32,000 bases of DNA. It comes from Candidatus Nitrosopumilus koreensis AR1. Lineage in GTDB: Archaea > Thermoproteota > Nitrososphaeria > Nitrososphaerales > Nitrosopumilaceae. Where the stretch lies: contig NC_018655.1 in NCBI RefSeq assembly GCF_000299365.1, forward strand, positions 540,001 to 572,000, written 5' to 3'. The first letter of the stretch is position 1. Every line of letters starts with the position of its first letter. Position numbers and translations under genes: made by a program. Below, piece by piece: positions 1-9,866 of this stretch. The notes under the pieces are model-generated. The model worked only from the letters and a program-made list of their open reading frames with translations, was not told the origin of the DNA and made no database searches.

Positions 1-1
1 C

Positions 2-322
2 ACAATTGTTGGTGTTGATTGCTCTTGGAATTTGGCAGATCAGGCGTTCTCAAAAAAATTTAATGGTATTAAACGAAAACTTCCTCCATTACTTGCAGGT
101 AACCCTGTAAATTATGCTAAATTAAATAAACTAACAACAGCTGAAGCTTTGGCTGCATCTTTGTTTATTTTGGGCCAAAAAGATCAAGGGTTGGATTTAC
201 TTGATAAATTCAAGTGGGGCCATACTTTCTATGAATTGAATCAAAATCTATTAGATGAGTATTCTAAAATAGAAAACGAGGAACAAGTTGAAGTAATTCT
301 AAAAGATTATGGATTACTGTGA
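2..322 (+). CDS. Tsr3-like 18S/16S rRNA aminocarboxypropyltransferase (DUF367), 5' truncated by window edge
   Basis: The track ORF starts at an internal TTG (32). Reading upstream in frame from base 2 gives TIVGVDCSWNLADQAFSKKF, followed by KRKLPPLLAGNPVNYAKLNKLTTAEALAA and FKWGHTFYELNQNLLDEY, typical of Tsr3. Confidence 0.9.
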   Translation, partial: TIVGVDCSWNLADQAFSKKFNGIKRKLPPLLAGNPVNYAKLNKLTTAEALAASLFILGQKDQGLDLLDKFKWGHTFYELNQNLLDEYSKIENEEQVEVILKDYGLL

Positions 323-2769
323 CGTTTTTTTATCAAAACAGCAATCCCTGCAACTATGATTATTGGGATTATCCAAATCTCGTATATTGTTTCATTTTCT
401 AAAAATTCTATGTTCTCTGAAGAAATACTTGGCAATTCTGTTTTGTCTTCAGTTACAACAAAACTTGATTCGTAGAAATCCGGTTTGAGAACTGAATTTG
501 AAATTGCAAATATTTTGATGTTACCTGTACCTGTAATTAGTTTCTCTGAGTCTTTTGCATCAATTTTGATGTTTGTTTTGTTCGTATCCATTTCTATAGA
601 TTTTGATGATATCATATTTCCTTGACTGTTTGTCAGAAAGTATAAGATGGAATCTGTATTTTCAGCCTCTACTTCTATTGAAAATTCTTTTCCTCTTTGA
701 ATCGCATCTTTTAATTTAATTTCTTTAATGTTTGGAAAATCTGAATTTTCAAATTCAGACCAACTTCCAATTTTAAAAGGATATGAATCATCATCAAAAG
801 CACTTACTGAAATCGTTCTTGATTCTGGAGAATATGATTCTAAATAAAATGGACCGTTACTAATTACGGCATGGTTATTTTCCTCAATCCATTTTATGGA
901 CGATTCAAATCTTTCTTGGAAATATTTTGATTCTAAATTATTTTCCTCTAATGACACAGGTTTGTAGTTAGAATTTTTGAATTCCTGTAAATAGTTTTTA
1001 ATCAAATTTGCATTATTTGGAATTATCAATGATAGCCAGCTGATGTTTTTACTGGTTGCACCTGATCTGGAAAATGATACTTTGCCATCCAATACTGCTT
1101 TTTCCATTGCTGCAGAGATTTCCCATGGTACTGAACTCCAAATAACTGCCCAGTCTGCTATCTCCCCCTCATCAAAATGCCAATAATTTACGTAAACTTC
1201 AATGGTATCTTCATCAATTTGATTTACTCCTATAATTGTCTGAATACTCTGTGCTGTCCGAGGGGTAAATTCTGTATCGTATGTCTTATCATTTTCGTCT
1301 GTTTGTGTTCCCCACTCTATTGTAAAATACAAAGAATGCAAAATATCATTCATGTCTATTTTTTGACCATTATGCCAGTTTCCAAAACTAAAATCAAAAA
1401 CAACTTTACTTGTTGCCATTGTATTTGGCTTGACGTTTTCCCATTTTTGAGATACTGGATTCCACATTGTTGCTTTTGTGGGCACCACAAGACTGCCTTC
1501 AGGTCCTGCTGTTTCAACTTGCCAGTTTGTTCTAATTGGAAATGTCTCTCCAGTAAATGGGTGTTTGAATGTTCCAGGATCCGATATTGTGCCCCAAATA
1601 TGTCTACTGTAACTATCAGTTAATCCCATAACTGGATTCCATGCGCCTTGATAGATCTGTTTGACTCCTATGACAAGCTCACCATTGTCGCTTTTTGCAT
1701 TAATTGGAGTGAATCTGCTAGGTATTCCTGCTCCAAAATCATTTACAACACCACTGATTTTTTCATTTACTACATATTGATCAATTTTACTTGCCAAAAA
1801 AATTCTCACAGACTCGTTAATTCCTTCTACAACTGCTTCTTGAATTAAATTTGATCTTTCTTCAGATGTGTCAAAATCTCCTGTGTAAATTTTCTGTGTA
1901 ATCTCATCTAATTTGTCATTTTTGTAATTCCAATATGACGGATCATTAAATCCTGGCATATTTGAAAACCATGGAGAATACATCTGTCCTAATCCTACGG
2001 AATCATATCTTACAAATGCTGAACGTCCCCATCCTTCAGTATACAAACTCCATTGTAAATCAGATGGATTTGACCCGTATACTACAACAAATGCCTTATT
2101 CAAATCCCCAAAATCTTTTTTGACTGAAAAACCTATCCTGTCTAATTCCACTGCAAGAATCTCTCCAATGGATTTTCTAACTGGGTCATCACTTCTGATA
2201 AAAATTTTAATTTCTATGGGTTTTGAGTCTGCCATCCATCTGCCTTCTGTTTTTATTGCCCCTTTTTCTTTGAGAGCATCTGTGATGATTTTTTCTGCCA
2301 GATCTGGATTATATTGAAAGTTAAATTTCTCCAATTCTTCTAAAATTGTTAGGTATTCTGGGTCAGAAGGGCCATAGTATGAAATCATGGGTGAACCATA
2401 TCCTCCCATCAACTCATTTACAATTAATTTTCTGTCTACTAGATAATTTAATGCAAATCTTATCTCTTTTATTGAAAATGGATTAAACTCCTTAGACTCT
2501 GCTGGATTTACAAGAATGCTATATGAGCCTCCTGTTGAATCAAAAACTTGTAGCCCTTCTCTTGCTTGATGATTTTCTAATCTATCTGATGAAATCCTGT
2601 AATAATACATATCCAAATTTCCATTTCGGACTTCTTCTAGTGCTGTATTCTCATCTAGATACTGAATAAATTTTACAGAATCTACAAAAACATTTTTTTC
2701 TGCAAATGCTTGATTGTTTGCAACAACTACAATTGAAAGAGCTAGTATGAAAACTAGCAATTTTTTCAT
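307..2769 (-). CDS. Family-5 (peptide/oligopeptide type) extracellular solute-binding protein with signal peptide and C-terminal TM anchor
   Basis: 820 aa. N-terminal MKKLLVFILALSIVVVANNQAFA signal, SBP_bac_5-like segments (FSIKEIRFALNYLVDRKLIVNELMGGYGSPM), C-terminal IWIIPIIIVAGIAVLIKKRHSNP anchor. Confidence 0.8.
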   Translation of the reverse strand: MKKLLVFILALSIVVVANNQAFAEKNVFVDSVKFIQYLDENTALEEVRNGNLDMYYYRISSDRLENHQAREGLQVFDSTGGSYSILVNPAESKEFNPFSIKEIRFALNYLVDRKLIVNELMGGYGSPMISYYGPSDPEYLTILEELEKFNFQYNPDLAEKIITDALKEKGAIKTEGRWMADSKPIEIKIFIRSDDPVRKSIGEILAVELDRIGFSVKKDFGDLNKAFVVVYGSNPSDLQWSLYTEGWGRSAFVRYDSVGLGQMYSPWFSNMPGFNDPSYWNYKNDKLDEITQKIYTGDFDTSEERSNLIQEAVVEGINESVRIFLASKIDQYVVNEKISGVVNDFGAGIPSRFTPINAKSDNGELVIGVKQIYQGAWNPVMGLTDSYSRHIWGTISDPGTFKHPFTGETFPIRTNWQVETAGPEGSLVVPTKATMWNPVSQKWENVKPNTMATSKVVFDFSFGNWHNGQKIDMNDILHSLYFTIEWGTQTDENDKTYDTEFTPRTAQSIQTIIGVNQIDEDTIEVYVNYWHFDEGEIADWAVIWSSVPWEISAAMEKAVLDGKVSFSRSGATSKNISWLSLIIPNNANLIKNYLQEFKNSNYKPVSLEENNLESKYFQERFESSIKWIEENNHAVISNGPFYLESYSPESRTISVSAFDDDSYPFKIGSWSEFENSDFPNIKEIKLKDAIQRGKEFSIEVEAENTDSILYFLTNSQGNMISSKSIEMDTNKTNIKIDAKDSEKLITGTGNIKIFAISNSVLKPDFYESSFVVTEDKTELPSISSENIEFLENETIYEIWIIPIIIVAGIAVLIKKRHSNP

Positions 2770-2849
2770 ATCGTTAATTTAATCGGCTTATAATAAAACC
2801 TATATCACAATACCCTGTTGTTCTTATTTCCTAAAACCTAAATTCTTTC

Positions 2850-3503
2850 GTGATTCATGAAATCCAATTGAAAATTAATCCAAAAATGATTGTTGGTCTA
2901 CAAGGAATTATTCCTGGTGGTGTTTCAGTAAAAGATTTTTCAGTTGTATCAAAAATTAATGAATCTGAATCTAAAACAATTCTAGATGAGTTTATTAAAA
3001 ATCAAATTGGAACAAAACAAGATAATTTTTATTATTTTGAAGACGGTGACAAACTAAAGATAGCCATTTCCTTACTTGAGAAAGGATTTCCTATAGATGA
3101 CATCTCGATTGCACTTGATTGGAAAGATTTTGAGGGGTTGACTGCTGAAATTTTATCTTCAAAAAATTTTGCCGTGATGAAAAACATGATTATGACAAAA
3201 CCTAGAATGGAAATTGATGTAGTTGGAATAAGATTGGGTGTTGCAATCCTGATTGATTGTAAGCATTGGAAACGCTATAGCATGTCGTCACTTAAGTCTG
3301 CTGTAAAAAAACAAATTGAACGGACCAAAAAATATGTTGCAAAAACAGAAGGTGCAATTGCTGTGCCTGTTATAGTCACATTATATCAAGATAAAGTAGA
3401 TTTTATTGAAAATGTTCCCATAGTTCCTATTTTTCAATTCTCGTCATTTGTTGATGAGTTTTACGGAAATATTGATCAAATGAGAACTATAGAAAAAGAC
3501 TAG
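2850..3503 (+). CDS. Restriction-endonuclease-fold (Mrr/HJR-like) protein
   Basis: 217 aa with FEGLTAEILSSKNF ... EIDVVGIRLGVAILIDCKHW, resembling the E...D...(D/E)xK nuclease core. Confidence 0.6.
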   Translation: MIHEIQLKINPKMIVGLQGIIPGGVSVKDFSVVSKINESESKTILDEFIKNQIGTKQDNFYYFEDGDKLKIAISLLEKGFPIDDISIALDWKDFEGLTAEILSSKNFAVMKNMIMTKPRMEIDVVGIRLGVAILIDCKHWKRYSMSSLKSAVKKQIERTKKYVAKTEGAIAVPVIVTLYQDKVDFIENVPIVPIFQFSSFVDEFYGNIDQMRTIEKD

Positions 3504-5232
3504 TAATGAAGAATCCGACTCCTCCAATCAGGAACACTTTGGTGATTTTTAACGAGTTGTCTAACGCCTTTGAATAATCCTCGTAAATTCCCTGCCCCAT
3601 GACTTTTACTTTTGTTTCGTTTTCTAAAATCTCAAATTTTGCAGTTGTCGTATTTGATTCTGCATTATTTGCAATATCTAAGAACCATGACGCAAGTTTT
3701 TCTGCACTTGTGATTAGTCCTAGTTGATAATACCCATTTCTGTTTCTTGCTTTAACAGGTGCATAATGAGTATCTGAAGTACAAATTTCAAGTAACTGCA
3801 TATCTTTTCTTGCAAACAAATCTATTATTTTCTCTCTTACTCCATTTTCCATGTTGTTTGCATCTGCCCAACCTAGGAAGTATTTCTTTTCGTTTATTTT
3901 GAGACAAACTATCCCTAGACCTCCCATTCCTAAATCCTCAGTCCATACATCCATGTTGTCTGAATTTGCGTAACCAAACTCGATTGGAAAACTGTCTTTT
4001 GTAATTAGCGTGTCTAGGCATGATTTTGCAGCCTTTAGCATATCTTCTCCGTCTTCGTTTGAAATTTCTTCTCCCATCGCATTATGACAATCAACAATTA
4101 ATGGTTTTGAATAATTTCTATTTTTAGCATATTGTTCAATTTCATTTTTCATATAATTTGGAATATCTTCCATTCCATGTGGTGATAATGATAAAAACAA
4201 CAATGGGTTTTTTCCAAAAAGCAACCCAATCACTCTTGCTTTGTTGATTTGTACCGTTACTGGTTCAGTACATTGCAATCCCTCTTCTTTGATTTTACTA
4301 TTTTCCAAATTTTTGAGATAATTTTCAACTTCATTTTTTGATGGGAGATTTAACGCATGATCTGATATGCTGTGCATGACCATGGCTGATGATGATAAAT
4401 TTTTATAAATTAGATATGGTATGTTGCTTCCTCCCACAGGATGATATGGCCCTGGGTGAATTTCTGGTAATACCATTCTGAATTCCTTTTCTCCATTTTG
4501 TGCTGATAATCTAATTTGTGATGTTGCAACCTTTGTTTCACTTGAGCGTTGTTCCATAATCTCTTCAGCTTCTGTATGATCATTTTTTTGAGATGCCAGA
4601 TATGCTTGGATTGTTTTATGAGTGCTCTCCATCCCTGGCCTTCCAGCTCTATCTGTTAGAATTGACCACACACTTGCTATAATCATAAATGAAACTCCAT
4701 AACCTAATGCAAGAGGGTCACTTAACATTGGAATCCATTGGTCTTGTGGTGTTAGAACCAAAAACATTGCCAATGGTTGAACAAAACAAATGGCCCATGC
4801 TTTTTTTATGCTCACTCCTAATGTTGTAGTGTAAATTCCAATTCTGAAACTTGCAAATAGAAACATTCCAAAAGTTACCAGAAATAATGATGGCTCTTTA
4901 GATAACACTACACTGGCAAGCAATCCTAACAACACTGTTGCTGCCCATAACATGTTTGCAAATAATGATGAATGCAGTGATTTTGAATATTCTTTTTTCT
5001 TTGTGAATCTTGTATCAAGTAATTGTGTTAAGAAAAGTACTGTCATGACTGCAATCACTATGTGCCATGTCTCTTCCAGACTAGTTCCAAAATAGCCCAA
5101 AAGTGTTGCTAGTGAAATTATTGCAGAAACTCCTAGTGAGACAACTAATGAAAAATAATGTGAAGATGGATTAACTAGAGTAAGAGAAAACCTGTTGTGA
5201 ATATTCGAAACATCGTCTGCTGCTTTTTCCAT
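3487..5232 (-). CDS. DUF2070 family archaeal membrane protein
   Basis: 581 aa. Multiple TM segments then a soluble domain (VLPEIHPGPYHPVGGSNIPYLIY, LSPHGMEDIPNY, VDCHNAMGEE), with a C-terminal TM. Confidence 0.8.
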   Translation of the reverse strand: MEKAADDVSNIHNRFSLTLVNPSSHYFSLVVSLGVSAIISLATLLGYFGTSLEETWHIVIAVMTVLFLTQLLDTRFTKKKEYSKSLHSSLFANMLWAATVLLGLLASVVLSKEPSLFLVTFGMFLFASFRIGIYTTTLGVSIKKAWAICFVQPLAMFLVLTPQDQWIPMLSDPLALGYGVSFMIIASVWSILTDRAGRPGMESTHKTIQAYLASQKNDHTEAEEIMEQRSSETKVATSQIRLSAQNGEKEFRMVLPEIHPGPYHPVGGSNIPYLIYKNLSSSAMVMHSISDHALNLPSKNEVENYLKNLENSKIKEEGLQCTEPVTVQINKARVIGLLFGKNPLLFLSLSPHGMEDIPNYMKNEIEQYAKNRNYSKPLIVDCHNAMGEEISNEDGEDMLKAAKSCLDTLITKDSFPIEFGYANSDNMDVWTEDLGMGGLGIVCLKINEKKYFLGWADANNMENGVREKIIDLFARKDMQLLEICTSDTHYAPVKARNRNGYYQLGLITSAEKLASWFLDIANNAESNTTTAKFEILENETKVKVMGQGIYEDYSKALDNSLKITKVFLIGGVGFFITSLFL

Positions 5233-5239
5233 TGTTTTT

Positions 5240-5407
5240 TCACGGAGCTAGAAAGATATCGATTGCCCATGATATTGCAATTAAGCTAATGGGAATTGAT
5301 ACTACAATTTTTGGATCTAATTTGAACCCTTTTGTCTCATCTTCAAAGAACCTCATGAGCCCTCCACTTGATGCTGGAAGTGGTGCTGATTTCTTATTGC
5401 TACTCAT
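5240..5407 (-). CDS. Preprotein translocase subunit Sec61beta (SecG-type), 55 aa, absent from ORF track
   Basis: Hand translation of the minus strand: MSSNKKSAPLPASSGGLMRFFEDETKGFKLDPKIVVSIPISLIAISWAIDIFLAP*. SGGLMRFFEDETKG plus a single C-terminal TM is the archaeal Sec61beta signature. Confidence 0.93.
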   Translation of the reverse strand: MSSNKKSAPLPASSGGLMRFFEDETKGFKLDPKIVVSIPISLIAISWAIDIFLAP

Positions 5408-5442
5408 TACACTTCGAAAACATGGATTTTGACATAAAAACT

Positions 5443-5772
5443 TTATTGTTTGGTTTTTACCTTTTCAATCGTTTCTAATAATGAATTAATTGATTTTAGT
5501 ATGTCTTGTTGTTTGGTATGATCTTTTTCATCCTCTAATTCTTTTGATAATACTTGCATCTTTTTTTCCAAGGTTTCAATAATTGGAGATTGACTTTCTT
5601 TAGATTTGGTTTGCGGGATTTCCTTTTTTTCAGGTTCGCGACCACAACTTATGCATAATGCATGACCTTCTTTCATCACTCTTACGCCCTTACAGTATGG
5701 ACAAGGCTCACTGAGTAATGTTGCTCCTTGTAGTAACATCTCTGCTGCTTTTTTTGTGAGATCTTTTGACAT
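5443..5772 (-). CDS. Sjogren's syndrome/scleroderma autoantigen 1 (p27/SSSCA1) family zinc-ribbon protein
   Basis: 109 aa. KKAAEMLLQGATLLSEPCPYCKGVRVMKEGHALCISCG followed by coiled coil. Confidence 0.8.
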   Translation of the reverse strand: MSKDLTKKAAEMLLQGATLLSEPCPYCKGVRVMKEGHALCISCGREPEKKEIPQTKSKESQSPIIETLEKKMQVLSKELEDEKDHTKQQDILKSINSLLETIEKVKTKQ

Positions 5773-5873
5773 GGTTATTCTTGAATTTTCTATCTAAAAA
5801 ATCTCATTATTTTTTAAAATTCTGTATTCAAACAAGGCTTAATAGTGCGTATGATTGAATTTATTTCGAACGA

Positions 5874-6182
5874 ATGGCAGTAATTTGTAATACTTGTGGT
5901 CTTCCAGAAGACTTGTGCGCATGCGGTGAACTTGCCAAAGATAGCACCAAAATTATAATTCGATTAGAAACAAGACGATTCAAGAAAAAGGGTACTATGA
6001 TTGAAGGTTTAGATCCTAAACTGAATAATTTGGAGACTGTTGCAAAAGAACTCAAAAGCAAGTATGCATGTGGCGGAACTGCCAAAGAAGGTTATATTTT
6101 CTTACAGGGTGATCATAGAGACACCATCAAAGATACTCTAACACACCTTGGTTTTGCCGAAGAAAGTATAGAACTACATTAA
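5874..6182 (+). CDS. Translation initiation factor eIF1/SUI1 homolog
   Basis: 102 aa. LPEDLCACGELAKDSTKIIIRLETRRFKKKGTMIEGLD...LKSKYACGGTAKEGYIFLQGDHRD, the archaeal SUI1 signature. Confidence 0.95.
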   Translation: MAVICNTCGLPEDLCACGELAKDSTKIIIRLETRRFKKKGTMIEGLDPKLNNLETVAKELKSKYACGGTAKEGYIFLQGDHRDTIKDTLTHLGFAEESIELH

Positions 6183-6188
6183 AGCAAA

Positions 6189-7178
6189 TTGCAAAACCAA
6201 AACAAATTACTTCAAGCTGTTGGGATTCCTTTTACTGCATTACTGTCTGTTATTTTTGGATTATTCCTTGTATCATTTCCTATAGGTGTGTTTGTTGTGT
6301 TTGAAAGTGATATTGGCAATGACATCAACTATGCTTTCCCTGTGACTCATTTGGAATTATTTGAAGGAACTTCTGTGTATCAGACTTTCTCTGACGTTAG
6401 TATTGGTGATGTTTTTGTAGTTTTATGGATTTTTTATGCTGTTTTGTTTGTAATTGCGCTATTGGGTCCTAAAACTGGATTTTTAAAATCATTTACGTCT
6501 CTCATCTCTTTTGGAAAATATGATGCTACTTCAAACTATATGATTGGCATCACAAAATGGTTCTCAATCTTAGTATTGGTTTCTGCCTTGATCAATTTTA
6601 CCCAAGAACAGTTTGGAATAGTTACTGTCCCTCCCCTTGATGACAATGACTTGATTCAATTCTTTTATGTCTCACTTGCCCCTTTGATAGAAGAATTTGG
6701 ATTTCGTTTTATTTTGGTTGGAATTCCCTTATTTGCACTTTATTCTCGTAGATCTTCTGCAAAATATTTTTTGAAATGTCTGTGGAATCCTAGAAATCTT
6801 GACATTCATGATTCTAAGAAAGCCATACTTCTGATTGTTTTTGTTGGGGTTTTGTTTGGATTTGCACATATTGCTTTTGGTGAATCTTGGAGTGAGGGCA
6901 AATTTGCACAAGCAACTGCTGGCGGAATCATTCTGGGGTGGGTCTATCTTAGGTTTGGATTCGTTGCATCATTGCTGATTCATTGGGCGACAAATTATTT
7001 CATTTTCTCTTATGCAACATTTCTATCCCAAATCAATGATATCTCTATTGAAAATGCATTTTCGCATTCGTTAATGTCTACCTTGGAATTATTATTTTTA
7101 ATTTCTGGTGTATTGTCTGTTGCAATGTTGATTATACACAGGTTTTATCTGAAAAAAGAATCTGCATTAGAGATTTAA
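6189..7178 (+). CDS. CPBP family intramembrane glutamic endopeptidase
   Basis: 329 aa. Many TM segments; motifs PLIEEFGFR, FGFAHIAFG and HWATNY match the CPBP (CAAX protease) active-site motifs. TTG start. Confidence 0.85.
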   Translation: MQNQNKLLQAVGIPFTALLSVIFGLFLVSFPIGVFVVFESDIGNDINYAFPVTHLELFEGTSVYQTFSDVSIGDVFVVLWIFYAVLFVIALLGPKTGFLKSFTSLISFGKYDATSNYMIGITKWFSILVLVSALINFTQEQFGIVTVPPLDDNDLIQFFYVSLAPLIEEFGFRFILVGIPLFALYSRRSSAKYFLKCLWNPRNLDIHDSKKAILLIVFVGVLFGFAHIAFGESWSEGKFAQATAGGIILGWVYLRFGFVASLLIHWATNYFIFSYATFLSQINDISIENAFSHSLMSTLELLFLISGVLSVAMLIIHRFYLKKESALEI

Positions 7179-8087
7179 GGCTACTTTCAGGCCTTTGTAT
7201 CTATTTCTGATTGTAACTTCTGTAACCCCTGCAGCTTCGGCTACGTCTCTTTGTGTCTTGTTTTCTCCATTTGTTACACATGCAACATAAAGTGCAGCAG
7301 CAGCTAATCCCATTGGGTCTTTTCCTGCTGATATTTTATTCTCTTCAGCTGTTTGCAAAATCTTTGTTGCTTTTCGTTTTGTTTTTTCTGATAGCCCTGC
7401 TTTGCTTGCAATTCTTGAAATGCATTTGATTGGATCAACTACTGGCATTTTCAAATTTAATTCTCTTAATAATAATCTGTAACATCTTGCAATGTCTTTT
7501 CTTTTGATGTTACTTGCTTGCCCAATATCTTTTAGTGTTCTTGGGGTTTCAGTATCACGACATGCAGCATAAAGTGCAGATGCAATCAAAGCTGAAATAG
7601 AACGTCCTCTGACCAGACCTTTTTCAAGTGCTTTTCTGTAAATGTAAGCTGCTTTTTCAATAACTGCATCGCCAACTGCAAGTTTGTCTTTCAGTCTGTC
7701 TAATTCACTAAATGCCTGTCTGAAGTTTCTATCCACTGGCTCATGAACCTGACTTCTACTGTCCCATGTTCTTAATCTTTCAATTGTACTTTTCATGGAT
7801 GCAGTTAATGGCTTTCCTGTTGCATCTCTGTTTTGAGGATTGATTACAGTTGCCAATCCCATATCGTGCATGGCAAGTGATGTTGGAACTCCTGCTCTGC
7901 TTTTGTTTTCGCCTTCGTTTGAAAATGATCTCCATTCGGGACCTGACTCTTCAACTTTGTCAGTAATTACAAATCCACACTTGCCACAAAAATTTTCACC
8001 TGTATTGGCATCTGTTACTAGTGTGCCTTTGCCGCATCTTGGACATCTGTCCTTTGGATTTACTGTTTTAACCATTATATCTCCCAA
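7167..8087 (-). CDS. tfb: Transcription initiation factor IIB (TFB), canonical
   Basis: 306 aa. Intact zinc ribbon CPRCGKGTLVTDANTGENFCGKCG, B-reader region, and two cyclin repeats. Confidence 0.95.
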   Translation of the reverse strand: MGDIMVKTVNPKDRCPRCGKGTLVTDANTGENFCGKCGFVITDKVEESGPEWRSFSNEGENKSRAGVPTSLAMHDMGLATVINPQNRDATGKPLTASMKSTIERLRTWDSRSQVHEPVDRNFRQAFSELDRLKDKLAVGDAVIEKAAYIYRKALEKGLVRGRSISALIASALYAACRDTETPRTLKDIGQASNIKRKDIARCYRLLLRELNLKMPVVDPIKCISRIASKAGLSEKTKRKATKILQTAEENKISAGKDPMGLAAAALYVACVTNGENKTQRDVAEAAGVTEVTIRNRYKGLKVALNL

Positions 8088-8190
8088 AACCTTTTATGAT
8101 AATATTTAACATTTTCTAAACCATTCCTTATAAGTCTGTTGATGATCGTACCTAAAAAATAGTAATTTTCAGGTTCTTTTTTTGATTTTG

Positions 8191-8829
8191 TTATGCTGTT
8201 TCTAAAACTTTCTTAATTTTTTCTGCAATGTGTGGTTTTTCTTTCTGTTCTAAAAGAAACTTCAAATCCTCTGCATTGTCTACGTCCCACATTATTCTTT
8301 TTACAAACACCATTGCAACATTTAGTGTGTGCTCTTTTGCAGTATTCATGTGGATCTTGTAACTATCTTCGTCATAATGAGTCTCCATCAAATCAACTGG
8401 CATTCTTACAAGCGCATTTGTTCCATCAAATCTTCTTGATGGAACAATTATGGCAAAGTTGGGTGGTGCTTTGTAGTTTAACATAAAATCAATGTCTTGG
8501 GTTTTGATGTATGGTATGTCTTGGGGGAAAACAATGGATGCATCAAAATTATTTTCTAACAGATATTTGTCTGCAAGTGAAACTGCTCCATTAACACTTT
8601 CTTCTTTTTCATCAATTATTGTATGTGTGTTGAACCTTTCTCCAATTTCTATTGCTTTTTTTTCTTTTGTTACCATGATAACTTTGTCAATTTGAGGTGA
8701 AATTGAAACTGTCTGCAAAATTTCCTCTAACATTATTTTACATAAACTCTCTATTTTCTGTGGAGATAAATCTAGACGTGTTTTTGCATTAGAGAAAGTC
8801 TTTACAGGAATTATTGCAGCTATTTTCAA
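8191..8829 (-). CDS. cofC: 2-phospho-L-lactate guanylyltransferase (F420 biosynthesis)
   Basis: 212 aa. N-terminal AAIIPVKTFSNAKTRL, SIVFPQDIPYIKTQDID, VPSRRFDGTNALVRMP. Confidence 0.88.
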   Translation of the reverse strand: MKIAAIIPVKTFSNAKTRLDLSPQKIESLCKIMLEEILQTVSISPQIDKVIMVTKEKKAIEIGERFNTHTIIDEKEESVNGAVSLADKYLLENNFDASIVFPQDIPYIKTQDIDFMLNYKAPPNFAIIVPSRRFDGTNALVRMPVDLMETHYDEDSYKIHMNTAKEHTLNVAMVFVKRIMWDVDNAEDLKFLLEQKEKPHIAEKIKKVLETA

Positions 8830-8830
8830 A

Positions 8831-9751
8831 TTATACGTGTACTTGTTTTAGAATGAAATTTGCTAATGCATCTTCGGCTAATTTATTTTTCATAGTAATT
8901 TTAGTTTCAAAAACTTTCATGTCCAGACTCTGAATCTTCTTTGACAGCAATCTGTCTTTAGTATCGATGATCATGTTGGAACATACATCTGAATACATTT
9001 TTGCTAAACCATACGCATTTGATTCTATTCCTGCAGCTTGCATGTATTTTGCAGCAGGACCGCTAATTGCATTGTCCCCAATAAGTGGACTAATTGCCAC
9101 AACTTTTTTCTTTATTTTTGATAACTCTTTTCTGATTCCTTTTATCTGAAGCATTGGTCCAATTGATGTTAATGGATTTCCTGGAGCTAAAATTACCATG
9201 TCTGCGTCATGAATTGCATTTACTGCTTCTGGATTAGGACGGGCTTTGTCTGCTCCAATGTATTGAATTCCTTCAACTGGATCTTTTCCTCTGTGCTTTA
9301 CCCAATATTCTTGTAAATGCAGCTCGCCTTTGTCTGTGATGATTCTTGTTTCAATACTGTTGTCTGTTACTGGTATGATGTTTGCACTAACTGCAAATTT
9401 TTCACACATCCATTTCGTAATGTCACTTAGATTTTTTCCGTTCTTTAACATGTTTGTTCTAATCAGATGTGTTGCAGCATCTCTGTCTCCAACTCTAAAC
9501 CATGTTTCTTCTCCAAATACTTCCATCTGACGCAAAAAATTGAATGTATCTTTCTTGATCCCCCAACCTCTTTCCTGATCTAATAAATCTGCTAATCCAT
9601 AGACAATTGTGTCAATGTCTGGACATACATACAGTCCATACAACCAATAATTGTCTCCAACGTTACTAACTACATTAACTTTGGATTCTTGTGATACTAA
9701 ACCTCTGACTAGTTTGACCGAACCTGTTCCTCCTGCTAAAACTGTGATCAT
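8831..9751 (-). CDS. cofD: 2-phospho-L-lactate transferase (F420 biosynthesis)
   Basis: 306 aa. MITVLAGGTGSVKLVRGL, NVGDNYWLYGLYVCPDIDTIVYGLADLLD, ILAPGNPLTSIGPML. Stop lies 1 nt before the cofC start. Confidence 0.95.
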   Translation of the reverse strand: MITVLAGGTGSVKLVRGLVSQESKVNVVSNVGDNYWLYGLYVCPDIDTIVYGLADLLDQERGWGIKKDTFNFLRQMEVFGEETWFRVGDRDAATHLIRTNMLKNGKNLSDITKWMCEKFAVSANIIPVTDNSIETRIITDKGELHLQEYWVKHRGKDPVEGIQYIGADKARPNPEAVNAIHDADMVILAPGNPLTSIGPMLQIKGIRKELSKIKKKVVAISPLIGDNAISGPAAKYMQAAGIESNAYGLAKMYSDVCSNMIIDTKDRLLSKKIQSLDMKVFETKITMKNKLAEDALANFILKQVHV

Positions 9752-9866
9752 ACCATTTTCTCCTAAAACTGCAGAGTCTGTAATTCTTACTCCATATTAC
9801 TTTTTCAAAAAACATCGATCTTTGTGTTGGATAAGTTTATTACTGCAAATAATTGCTCCCTAGATC

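Noticed and set aside
1177-2317. Plus-strand ORFs 1177..1623, 1648..1848 and 2120..2317
   Set aside because: Antisense to the 820-aa solute-binding protein, no domain character, Cys/Ser-rich shadow translation.
5232-5432. 66-aa plus-strand ORF
   Set aside because: Antisense to the convincing Sec61beta gene.
7840-9863. Plus-strand ORFs over tfb, cofC and cofD (7840..8109, 8232..8486, 8492..8695, 8967..9149, 9330..9530, 9651..9863)
   Set aside because: Shadow ORFs antisense to well-supported conserved genes.
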